Assembly: GCF_964188315.1 (NCBI RefSeq)
Contig: NC_135661.1
Location: 52,576,001 to 52,640,000, forward strand
Direction: 5' to 3'
DNA length: 64,000 nt
DNA from: Podarcis muralis
Lineage: Eukaryota
Numbering within the stretch: position 1 is the stretch's first letter; each line of letters starts with the position of its first letter. Shown here one piece after another: positions 45,701-57,600 of this stretch. Both the position numbers and the translations under genes were made by a program. A model generated the notes under the pieces. It worked only from the letters and a program-made list of their open reading frames with translations, ran no database searches and had not been told where the DNA came from.

Positions 45701-46797
45701 AAATTCCATTCACTTGCAGATATAGTGGGGTTGAAAACCTAAAAGAAACAAGGTGTAAGATAAACCACAGCTAAAAAACATCAGGAGGATATAAGGTTAT
45801 TGCTTCATTTGATTCCTGCTCTGCCCACATTGGGGTGGGGGGTATGTCAAGACCCTTATTACCCCTAGATCCAGCAAGTGTTAAAATGTAAATACCTGGT
45901 GAGGTGATAGCCTAGGTAATGGGCCATTAAGGGGAACAAAGGAAGTGGATCTGTGCCAGAAACAAAATGGGTGTGCCTCCCTTCCTCAACTGGCTAGTAG
46001 TTAGAAAAACAAAGGCCAGAGTGGAGAGTGCAGTGATTTAAGCTAAGAGCTGGAAGCCGGAAAAGCAGCAGGCTTGGAAGTCACAGGGAGAGAGAACCAT
46101 GTTTGATTTCTGTTCAAATCCAAGGCTGTGGCTATGGGGGAAGCAAGGCACTATTGGGGTGTTAATGCTGTGAGCATTGTAGGCTCCAGTGGTATATATG
46201 TATAAAAGGTAAAGGTACCCCTGCCCGTACGGGCCAGTCTTGACAGACTCTAGGGTTGTGCGCTCATCTCACTCTATAGGCCGGGAGCCAGCGCTGTCCG
46301 CAGACACTTCCGGGTCATGTGGCCAGCGTGACGAAGCCGCTTCTGGTGAGCCAAAGCAGCACACGGAAACGCCGTTTACCTTCCCGCTAGTAAGCAGTCC
46401 CTATTTATCTACTTGCACCCAGGGGTGCTTTCGAACTGCTAGGTTGGCAGACGCTGGGACCGAGCAATGGGAGCGCACCCCGCCGCAGGGATTCGAACCG
46501 CCGACCATGCGATCGGCAAGTCCTAGGTGCTGAGGTTTTACCCACAGCGCCACCCGCGTCCCTGTATATATGTATAAATAAACCATATATCCTACATACA
46601 TCACAGTCTCCACTGTGCCTCATTCCCAAGGAACTATGAACCCTGGGTAAGCACCTGGACCCCCTGGAATCTCACTCAGATATCAGGATGGCGTCAAACT
46701 GTATAATTAATTCTACAGGTAGGATCTCAGTCATGGTGATTTCTGTTATTCAGATTGTAGGAAACAGTTTTTGCTAATTCTTTGAAAAATCTCTAGT

Positions 46798-46828
<31 letters not shown>

Positions 46829-49139
46829 AAGAAGAAGAAGAAGAAGAAGAAGAAGAAGAAGAAGAAGAAAGCTATAAAATAAAGTAGATGTAGATATTCT
46901 GCAGCCCCTGGAGGCCTTCAGAGCAGCCTGTGTGGGTGACTGAGCAACCAAATTCCACCAGTGGCTGAATTTTGTTGACTCACCCAAACTCTGTGCACCG
47001 GAGGGGGGCAGGCTAGGAAGAGTGTGATTGTGATGGGAACATCTTGTGGCAGGGAGTTCCATGAGTTAATAATCATGTATTGTGTACATTTCTTTCTTTT
47101 TTCCTGAAATTTTCTAAAAGGAAAGGAAATGCCCAAATTTTGCTTACTCAGATTTCATTAGCCAAATTTCTAGGTTAAAAATAATAAGATGCTGTTGCTG
47201 GTGGGTATACTTTTGCATTCATTTTAATTCCACAAATCTCTGCCAGCTAGTGAGTTTAACTGAGTCAGCCAAGTCTCAACATTTTCCAGCAAAACCCGAT
47301 AATCTCAAAGTGTATCTTTTACCATTTACCATTCAGAAACCAGTTAGTTCAATGTGTGTGAGGGGTTTATGGATTTGAAGAATTGTATCTGCTCTAAGGG
47401 TGGCTTCTACAACTTTGAAAAACAAAAATGATGAAACTATAAAACTCTTATCATGATTAGACAAAAACTTACATCCAAAGGACTGGCAGCTTCGAGATTA
47501 TACTGCTGGTTTCTCAGTAGGATCTGAAGGCCTTCCAGATTCAAATCAGCACCATCTAAAGGATCAGAGATTTCTGCTCTGTGAAAACACAAGAGGAAGA
47601 GTTGCCCACTGGGATTCAGGTTAAGGATTTGTGTAACAGGCGGATCAACACTCTTTCCCCCCATCTGTTGTCCAAGGAACAAAAAGCAAGGGCATGGTGT
47701 TTTGTCTTCCCCCATTTTATCTTCATAACAAGTTTCTGAAGAAAGTTATAGGGTTCTCCTATGAGTCTCATGCCGGGATCCACTTCGTAGCTTAACCTGG
47801 AATTAGGTTAAGCTATAAACCAAGAATGGGGAGCCTGTGGCCCTCCAGATGTTGTTGGACTCAAGCTCCCATCAGCCCCAGCTGGAATAGCCAATGCTCA
47901 AGGATGATGGGAATTGTGGTCCAGATCATACAGAGGGACACACACTCCCCATCTCTGCCACAGTTCTTTTTGCTGTGATGAGCGCCTAAAGAATCAGTGT
48001 TTTGCTAGTTGTATCCTCAGGATCCCCTAAAGCACAAGCAAATATCTGCATAGCTGCAACTACTAAAGCCTTCATGCAATACTCTCCATCCACAAGCAAT
48101 GAAACAGTGTGGTGCTAGAGCACATGGTGGCGCTCCTCCCCTCACCTGTCTAGAGGTGCCCTTCTGCCTCTTCTGTCAAGTGTCTGCAAACTTGCTGGCT
48201 GTGGCACATCGCAGCTCCCTCTGCCGTCTAACACAGACTGAACCATGGCAACAGGCAACACAGGAGGGTCTGAGCAGACATTACAGCCAATCAAGGGGAC
48301 AGCAGGATCTGTGGATGCAGCTTTCTGCTCAGGGCTAATGGGTTCTTCCTTGACCAGCAGGAGGCAGGTTTCCCTGAACCAAAGACAAGTTTCAGCGCCA
48401 CCCTGATGCTTTTTTTCCTTTCAGCTCACTCCAGGGCCAAACTAGGCAACACAGCAGAAACCAACGTGCATGAAAGTCAGTTCCTTTCCCCCATATCAAG
48501 GGGAGGGTGCAAAATGGAGAGGAGAAGCAGTGGGCATGAATACAGTGTGGTATGGTGGTTAGAGTGTTGGACTAAGCCTGTGAGGCCAGGGTTCAAATTT
48601 CCAAGCAGCCAGGAAACTCACTGGGTGACCAATAACTGTTTCTCAACTAGCCTACCTCACAGGGCTGTTGTAAGGATAACATGGGGAAGACGAGAACCAT
48701 GTACACTGCCCTGAGGTTGTTGGAAGAAAGGTGGGATATAAATGCAATAAAATAAATAAATATTGGAAATGCTAATTGAGAGAATGGGGGACAGGGGAAT
48801 GAAAGGGAGAAGTGGCAGGGGGAACCTTTCTCGATATTCTCACTATAGGAAGAGTCCATCCTGCAAAAGCAGCATTATAAGCAGACGACTGAGCATAAAT
48901 CCACCACTAATGCATTATTATTGTACCAGTGACGCAGAATTATAGAATCATTGAATTGCAGAGTTGGAAGGGATCCCGAGGGTCATCTAGTCCAACCCCC
49001 TGCTATGCAGCAATCTCAACTAAAGTATCATGTTGCAGAACACACACGGGAGTGGGGGGGGGGGAGAGACAAAAACCACCCGTCTGGAGGAGCCCCTAAT
49101 GGCAAAGCTGGCCCTGGCCTATTCAGTCTCCTGTGGCAT

Positions 49140-49178
<39 letters not shown>

Positions 49179-52100
49179 TTTCTGTCTGTTTGTTTGTTTG
49201 TCTGTCTGTCTGTCTGTCTCCTACATCCATCCCTGTTGCTCACCAAAACACTTGATTTTTCTTACCTCTCCCTGTTGGAAGTAGGCTGCATGACCACAGC
49301 ATTAGATGGTGACACTTCAGTAACATCTGATATTATTGGCCCTCCGGGGACAGCAGGGCTGTTTAAGCACGAAGCAGGTTCTGCAGATGGCTGCAGGCAA
49401 GGATGGGGGGGGGAGACATATTTTTTAACAATGCAACAGTAAAGTGTCCCTGTAATGGTCAGCAGTGCAGCTAGGTAATGTTAGACTATAGACTTAAGTC
49501 ATGTGTGGGGAGCTGCTCTATATAGTACCTGCACCAATTGGAGGCTGGACTATATTAAATTTGAGACCACTTCAAGTCATAGAATCACAGAACTGTAAAG
49601 TTGGAAGGGAAGCCAAGGGTCACCTAGCCTTGCAATGCAGAAATTAAAGCTAAATAATCCCTGAGAGATGGTCAACCAACCTCTGTTTAAATATCTCCAA
49701 TGGAGGAGAGTCCACTCACTACCTTACAAGGTACTGAACAGCTCTTACCATCAGAAAGTTCTCTCTAATGTTGAGTCAGAATCTCCTTTCTTGTAATTTG
49801 AATCCTTTGGTTTGGGTCCTACCCTCTGGAGCAGCAGAAAACAAACTTGCTCTATCCACCACTAGGCAGTCCTTTAGAATAACTAAAGATGGCGATCATA
49901 TCACCTCTCCGTCTACATTTCTCCATGTTAAACATAGCTAACTCCTGTTCCTCATAAGGCTTGGTCCAGACCCTTTATCACCTGGGTCTCACGCCTCTGC
50001 ACATGTTCAAGCTTGTCAATATCCTTCTTAAACTGTGGTGAATACCCCTCAATTCCTGTAATCAATAAAGTTGTGGCCTAATTTGACCCATTAACCTTAA
50101 ACTCTTGTGTCTTGATTTCCGGGGGGGGGGGGGGGGACTCACCACGCAAGTTTATTTTGTTAACTTTATTGCTCACTTTTTTAAACAAAGTAACTCCAAG
50201 TGACTTACAATACAAAAGAACCAAACAGATAGATACATTGAAACTGGGATAATAGAAAACAAAGAAAAATCTAAAAGGCAATTCTATTTTTTAGAAACTG
50301 GATTAAAACACGCCCCCTCTGAGGCCACAGATGATTAAAAGCCAAAGGACCTGGTGAAACAGAAATGTGCTGCCTACAAGTTGCTTTTGCAAAACATGGA
50401 GGCATTCTTGAGTGGAACAATCTGATTTTAATGAATTAGAATTTAAATTTAACTGAATAATTGATTAAATTTGCATAGATGCGAACATGAATAAAGCAAC
50501 TACTGTATCTTGAAGGGGGTGGAGCATGACTCCTTTGCTTTCAGATGAAGCACACAGGCCCTTGTTTCAGCAGGGACCATTTAAAAAGAGGAAATGTTTC
50601 CTGTATGTGAAAGAATGTCTGCTTCTTCATAGATGGCACCTTCTGTCACTCACAGTGTTTGCAAGTATCTGTACTGAAAGGGTAACCTAGTGTGACAAAG
50701 CATTGGTTTGGGGGGAGTAAGTCCAAGGTTCAGTCCCTGGCATCTCTAGTAAGGGCTGGAGAAGTCTACCATCTGAAATCCCAGAGAGCTGCCGCCACTC
50801 AGTGCTGTACACAACAAATACTGAGCAAGATATATCAGCGATCTGACTCAGGGAAAAGACAGCTTCAGATGTATGTTTAAAAATAATTAAAACTTAAAAA
50901 AAATGTTTGATTAATTGCTAGCACCTTGCAAATAAATAAGAGCAGGCAAGAAGACTAAATTAGATGGACGTCATCCCAAACTCACCGACTGGATGAAATA
51001 GGAGTCATGAATGGGATCCAAAGACAAATGCTTCCTGAACTTTGTCATTTGTGGAGCAGAGTTGCCATCATCCAGCATAAGAGGTCTGTTGAGAGAAGGA
51101 AGCCCAAATCCTTCATCTCAGTCACTCAGCTGTGTGACTTGTAAGAACACTATCACAAGCTCACTGGTTCTGGGGGTGAGTATTGAATCTTTCTGGGGGC
51201 AGCTAGAGGAAAGAACAGCTGGCACTTCTTGGGCCTTTAGGGGGCTTCTCAGCTGATCAGGTGGCACTTGGAAACACAAACACACAGAAACTGCTCCATG
51301 AAGTCTAGGCTCCCCACTCATTCAAAGCAATTTCCACAACACCAGCCTTCTTCAACCTGGTGCCCTCCAGATGTTTTGGACTACAACTCCCATCAGCCCC
51401 TGCCAACACTAGTCACACCACCCCTTGCTCACAAATACAGCAGCTTGTCCTCTGAGCCCAGAGCTGTGGGGTTGCTACTCCTGTAACTAGAGTCCTAAAT
51501 GAGACCTCCCCTTGGTCTACTCCAGCAAGGCAGCTCTAATGTTCCTAGGCTGTCCATATGGCAAACCATCACAGGCCTTCCCTAGACTTTCCATCTATTT
51601 ACAGCCACCTAATAAGCTCACCTAATAGGCTTGGCAGTCCCATAGGTGCACCTCCCCCCCACCCGCCCCCTGTAATGATATTACTGGAAAACCTCTCTGT
51701 GGTTTCCACAGGGGACCTTGCCTCCACTCCCCTTTCTCTTCAAATTTTCTTCTTTCAATCCCCTGTATACCACTAAAACAAAGGTCACAGCAAGCTGACA
51801 GGGTGGTTCTCCAAGGGCACTGAATGAGACCTGTCAGCAGCTCTGACTCATCAGTTCTCAGCCCCATTCATTTTTCTGTCACCATGGTGCCCAGGTCTGG
51901 TGACCTACCACGCCACTTGGAGCTGAGCTGGGGGGGGGGTTAAAATGAAGGGTGAGCCCCCAACTAGTTTCTTGCCCGTGCATGTCCATGCAGTCACATG
52001 AGGGTACTTACAGCTTTCTCTTTATTCCAGCATTGCTGGGGCTGGATTGGAGCTGGCCGAAGAGAAACTGAATCAGCTGTCAGGGGAAATCAAGGTCAGG

Positions 52101-52727
52101 TGTTTGTCAGTCAGCACAGTGATTCAGCACTCCACCGTCCACCTCTCTGCTCACACAAGGAGGAGCTCCCTTCCAGGGGAAGGAGGGCTGCAAGCATCTG
52201 CTTTGCATGGAGAAAATCCATGCTTTGCATGGAGATCTAGGTTGAATCCCCAATGTCTGTAGGTAGTGCTTTCAGAAGCTCCCTAAACTGCAGTCCTGGA
52301 GAGTCACATCCAGTCTGTGTAGACAACACAGAGCTAGATGGAGCAATGATCTGACTTGATGTAAGGCAACTTCTTATATAAGGCAACTTTCAAGTTTCCA
52401 AAAATGAAGGACAGGGGCAGGCAAGATGAGACAGACATGGCCATCTTCCTCGACATGAATGTAAGCATACATCAAAAGTGTGCACTCTTATATGAATGCA
52501 GTGAACATGCAACACTTGGAATAGGAAGGGACATTTGGGGAGGGTGGTCATATTGATAGATGCTACCCTATCCAGGGGCAACAGAAGGCACTCCAACTTT
52601 GTGCCACATTGGATCAGAAACCTGGGTGATTCCTGAGATGAAATGTAGCTACCCTGGTCCTGAAGTATCTGCACAAATTTGGAAAGCTTGTCTTCTTCAG
52701 GCTGTGAGGGCAAGGACAGATGGAAAT

Positions 52728-52766
<39 letters not shown>

Positions 52767-54583
52767 CATGAGGCTTTTGCATGGCTGGAATGTAGCCTAT
52801 TGTACAGAGGCAAGAGTCCATTCTATTGCTCCACCCACTTTTGCCTCTAGCCCTGCCCAGCATTGGCATGTGGCACCTAAGAGGTTGCCCATGTGGGAAT
52901 GCCGCTCATGAGGAAATATGCCCTTTGGGTTGAAAAAGTTTCCCACTCCTGTATCAGATGAGCCCATCTGCTGCACAGAAACACATTCCCCGGAGTTCTT
53001 TGAGAAAGCCATGACTATTGACTGTGTGCCAATTTCAGTGGACCCAACCATCCCCCAATATGCAAGTAGCAAATACCCCACCCACCACACCACATTATTG
53101 GCATCAACAGAAACATTACCTTGTTGATCACTTTCTCATGCTGTGAATGATTCTGCCTGAGACACACAACTTCCCTCCACAAAACTTCATTCTGCCTGAA
53201 AGGAATAGAGAACCACGGGCTGAGGGCACAGTCTCTCAATGAATCACAGGAAACAGTGAATGTGCACTTGTAGGCCTTCATGATTCTGGCAGCAATCTTA
53301 AACACACCTGCGACAGAATAAGCACCACTGACCTCAGTGGGACTTATTTCTAAGATAACATTTATAGGATTGCACTACAATCTGGAAATCACAAGGGCCA
53401 GTAACTTTTGTTTCCCCTACTAAAGGGAGAGGAAGGTTGCCTTTAGAGTTTTATATATAGAAATCTAACTATGAGGCTGCATCAATTTTTGTTGTCTTCC
53501 TTCTATGGGTCCATTCGGACCCACTGCCACAACTCCTGCCGAGATCGGACACAGGCCTTGGGCTTTTGCACTCACCCAAACTGGAGAGAGTCTACAGTTA
53601 TTTGAACGTCAGGCCTCCCTTAACCTTTGACATAGAAATCGTAGGTTTGACATCTGGAGTAAAGATGGGACCATATTCAGGTAACTGCAGTATCTTTACC
53701 TTCTGTGGAGGCAAGTCTCATCAAAAGAAGCCAAAAGTAACACTCCAGCTGAATGTACACAGAATTCTCCCAGTAGTCAGACTTGGTACAGGTAATATGC
53801 CACAGAATCATAGCACTGTGGAGCTGGAAGGGACCCCCGAGGGTCATCTAGTCCTACCCCCTGCAATGCCAGGATGCTTCTGGTAGCATTCACTTACTGC
53901 TTCATGTCCTGCACCTGACACTCCATTGTCTCTTGCTGACCCCGGAGGATCTGGATCTCGTACAGTAATCTGCTAAGGTCTTCTTGGCGCATCTTGGTTT
54001 CTTCACTCTTAACAATGGATACCTGAAGAAACAACCAAAGAAAGAAGCAGAAATAGAAGGATAAATTGTGCAAATGTGTGAGGTAGGAAACGCAATCCAG
54101 GGAACGCTAAATGCAACTACAGTGGTACCTCGGGTTAAGTACTTAATTCGTTCCAGAGGTCCATACTTACCCTGAAACTGTTCTTAACCTGAAGCACCAC
54201 TTTAGCTAATGGGGCCTCCTGCTGCTGCCACGCCGCCAGAGCACAATTTATGTTCTCATCCTGAAGCAAAGTTCTTAACCTGAAGCACTATTTCTGGGTT
54301 AGCGGAGTCTGTAACCTGAAGCGTATGTAACCTGAGGTACCACTGTAAGGCTCTCTTCACCCAGTGCATTCCTGAGCTTTTGCAAGCGTACTCCTAAAAA
54401 TGCAATGGGTGAATGTCAGGGAAACATAAGTACATTTGCTGGCAAGTGTTATTTTTATCTGGTGAGGACACCTTCCCTTGTCCGGAGCCTGGGCTGTGGC
54501 AGGGGCGATCCCTGATGTCACACGATCTCTCCCAGGTTTAGATAATCCTATAGAGCTCAAGCTGGGAAAGAGGGTGGAAAATA

Positions 54584-54615
<32 letters not shown>

Positions 54616-57600
54616 TGATTGCTGTTTTAATGGGTTTGTTCATTGAATATTTCAATTGTGGATGTTCATTTTAATGCTTTCATGCAATTATTTATTGCAT
54701 ATTTTAATGATGTATGACTATATTTTGGTAATTGGTTTTATACTTGTAAATCGCTTAGAAGCCGTTTTGGCAAGTAACTGGTTTCTAAATTAAATATAAT
54801 AATGATAATATTGTGTAGTGTATGCAGCTGCCCTAAGTCCCATTGGACTCAATGCCTCTTTCACTAGGACTTGATAGGGATGTTTTCTTTTTTTGTATTG
54901 GGCTACTCTTATGTTATGAATATACCACCTGCCTGGTGAAAGGTAATTTCTATCCTCTCCCAAGCAGGCCGTACATAGCACATGATCACATCAGCCTAAT
55001 AGTTACTTGCATTTCCTACCTTCCTCTTGATGTGCTCAAGGAGGTGTTCATGGCCTTGTAGGAAATAAAGGTGCTGGAACTCAGTGTCATCGCGTTCAGG
55101 CTTGACAAGGCCGCCTTGCTCAATGTTCACCACTTTCCTAAAGCCATCTAAATGGACAAACAGAAGCCTGGTGAGAAGCAGAAGGACGGGTGGGGTGGGG
55201 TGCTGATTTACACATTAGGTATACATCTATGACTGCACAAAAGTGTGAATGTGGCAAACACGTGCTTGCGAACCAATGTGCCAGTTCTAGAGGACAGAGA
55301 GACAAAGCATCTGTCAAAATCCCAGATCAGCAATAAGTCTACATCTTCAATATTTCCACTATTCCCACTTTGTGTGGAGCCCCCAAGAAGGTGGGAGGCA
55401 GTGGAGAATTCTCAGTGTGCCTACCCTTGCTAGCTGCTGATATATAACTTTTTATTTATGTCACTATTGTTTTTATCTCAATTCTTCAAAGAGAAGTGAG
55501 ATTTAAAAACTAGTATCCCGTTTATTTCACCTTTAAACAGTGCCTCTTTGTGATGCTGCTCACCAGTACAGAGTACCTGGGCACCTTTTTTCTTCTTCTT
55601 TTGCTGCTCTTGGCAGCCATTGTATGTGAATATATCATAAACTTAAATGCCTCTAACAAACATTAACTTACTAGGTTGCCAAATACTTAAGTTGGCTCTA
55701 GTGCTTCTGCTTTTTTGGTTTAGCAGCGTACTAAAACCACATTTTAAAAGTACAAAATTCATTTTAATCATAACCTTTCCTCCATCATACAAGCAAGACT
55801 GTACTTTCTAAATCTTAGGAATGTTACTTACACATGTTCAGTTGTCGCACAAAGCTGGCCATATTGTTGTGTTTGAAATACTTAGGCAGCACCTCCTTGG
55901 CAAACCGACTCTGATCAAAAACATGGAAGCTGGAACCATTCTTTAAAGGGAAAAAAAGAGTTAAACAATGTTAGCTACCTGCTCATTACTATAAAGCTCT
56001 AATGCTAAACTGAGATTCTACAAATATGTGAAACTGGATTAATAACAAACCAGCATTTTCAAACAAAGGACGGGCTGAAATTTGCATCCTGGCTGTCATT
56101 TCTGAGGTGTGTTTGTTGGCGCTTTACTTCACATTTAGATACTTGAAAATCTAAGAGTGAGGCTTGTGGCGGCTTAGAGACTTAACACTATTTTATCATG
56201 ACATTTCAGAGAGGCAAGCTCACTTTGTCAGATGCATTAAGCAATAGCTTAGTGGGCAAGTACAGAATAGAATAGACGCGAATAGACGCGGGTGGCGCTG
56301 TGGGTTAAAGCCTCAGCACCTAGGACTTGCCGATTGAAAGGTCGGCGGTTCGAATCCCCGTGGCGGGGTGCGCTCCCGTCGCTCGGTCCCAGCGCCTGCC
56401 AACCTAGCAGTTCGAAAGCACCCCCGGGTGCAAGTAGATAAATAGGGACCGCTTACTAGCGGGAAGGTAAACGGCATTCCGTGTGCTGCGCTGGCTCGCC
56501 AGAGCAGCAATGTCACGCTGGCCACGTGACCTGGAAGTGTCTGCAGACAGCGCCAGCCCCCGGCCTCTTAAGTGAGATGGGCGCACAACCCTAGAGTCTG
56601 TCAAGACTGGCCCGTACGGGCAGGGGTACCTTTACCTTTACCTTTACAGAATAGAAAGGAGAAAACTGTATGTTGAATGACAATGCAATGCAAAAATCGC
56701 AGTCACTAACAAATAATGCCTCTTGGCAGAGAACCACAGGTGTCAAGTGTGTGGGGCTGTGGGTGCTTCAGCCCCCACAACTTTCCCCATGAAGGGGCAG
56801 GGCACCCACAAATTTTTGTGCAGGACCATGCATGTCCCGGGTGCAGGTGTGGGTTCACCTGATGTCAGCATGCCCAGCACACACACACACACACCAGGAA
56901 ACCTGCTGCACCCAGCCCAGCCAGGCACACTGAACGAACCCTCTTGTAAGCCAGGTTTTATTTTCTCAGGTGTGTAATTTGGTACCTCAGTACCAGACAG
57001 GCACTTAAGTCTGCTGTCTTCATCGTGAAACACCAACCCATAAGCAGACCTCGTTGTTGCAACATCCAACCTGATTTTTCTACCAAAATAATAATAATAA
57101 AATCCCCATCCAACCCCCCTCCTTCCCACTTTGTGTAACATTTTGCCTGATGGAAGTTTTGAAGAACTGGAAAGGTCGCCACATTTTTGTGACTTCTTAG
57201 TTTGTCCTAACAAAATTACAGTATCCCTTATCTTTGGAACTTTTTTCTTATGGACCACAAGGCTTCCCTTGGTTTTTTTTTTATTATGATCTGCCAACAA
57301 TACAAACACTGTAGTGTGTAATTAACTGTGGTTCAGTGTCGGCGGTTTGAATCCCCGTGACGGGGTGAGCTCCCGTTGCTCGGTCCCTGCTCCTGTCAAC
57401 CTAGCAGTTTGAAAGCACGTCAAAGTGCAAGTAGATAACTAGGTACCGCTCTGGCAGGAAGGTAAATGGTGTTTCCGTGCGCTGCTCTGGTTCGCCAGAA
57501 GAGGCTTAGTCATGCTGGCCACATGCCCCGGAAGCTGTACACTGGCTCCCTCGGCCAGTAAAGCGAGATGAGCGCTGCAACCCCAGAGTTGGCCACAACT

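Noticed and set aside
46793-47062. ORF ending in poly-Leu
   Set aside because: Translation of the (AAG)n microsatellite
48243-48252. RFX half-site CCATGGCAAC
   Set aside because: Inside an HSF4 coding exon (encodes VAM) and far from any promoter
52047-52262. Plus-strand ORF with a coiled-coil-like [15 protein letters not shown] and apparent splice sites
   Set aside because: Antisense shadow of the HSF4 exon 52076-52012, running on into a SINE
56743-57309. 188-aa minus-strand ORF in HSF4 intron 1
   Set aside because: Low complexity, includes a (CA)n tract, no domain signature or Kozak support
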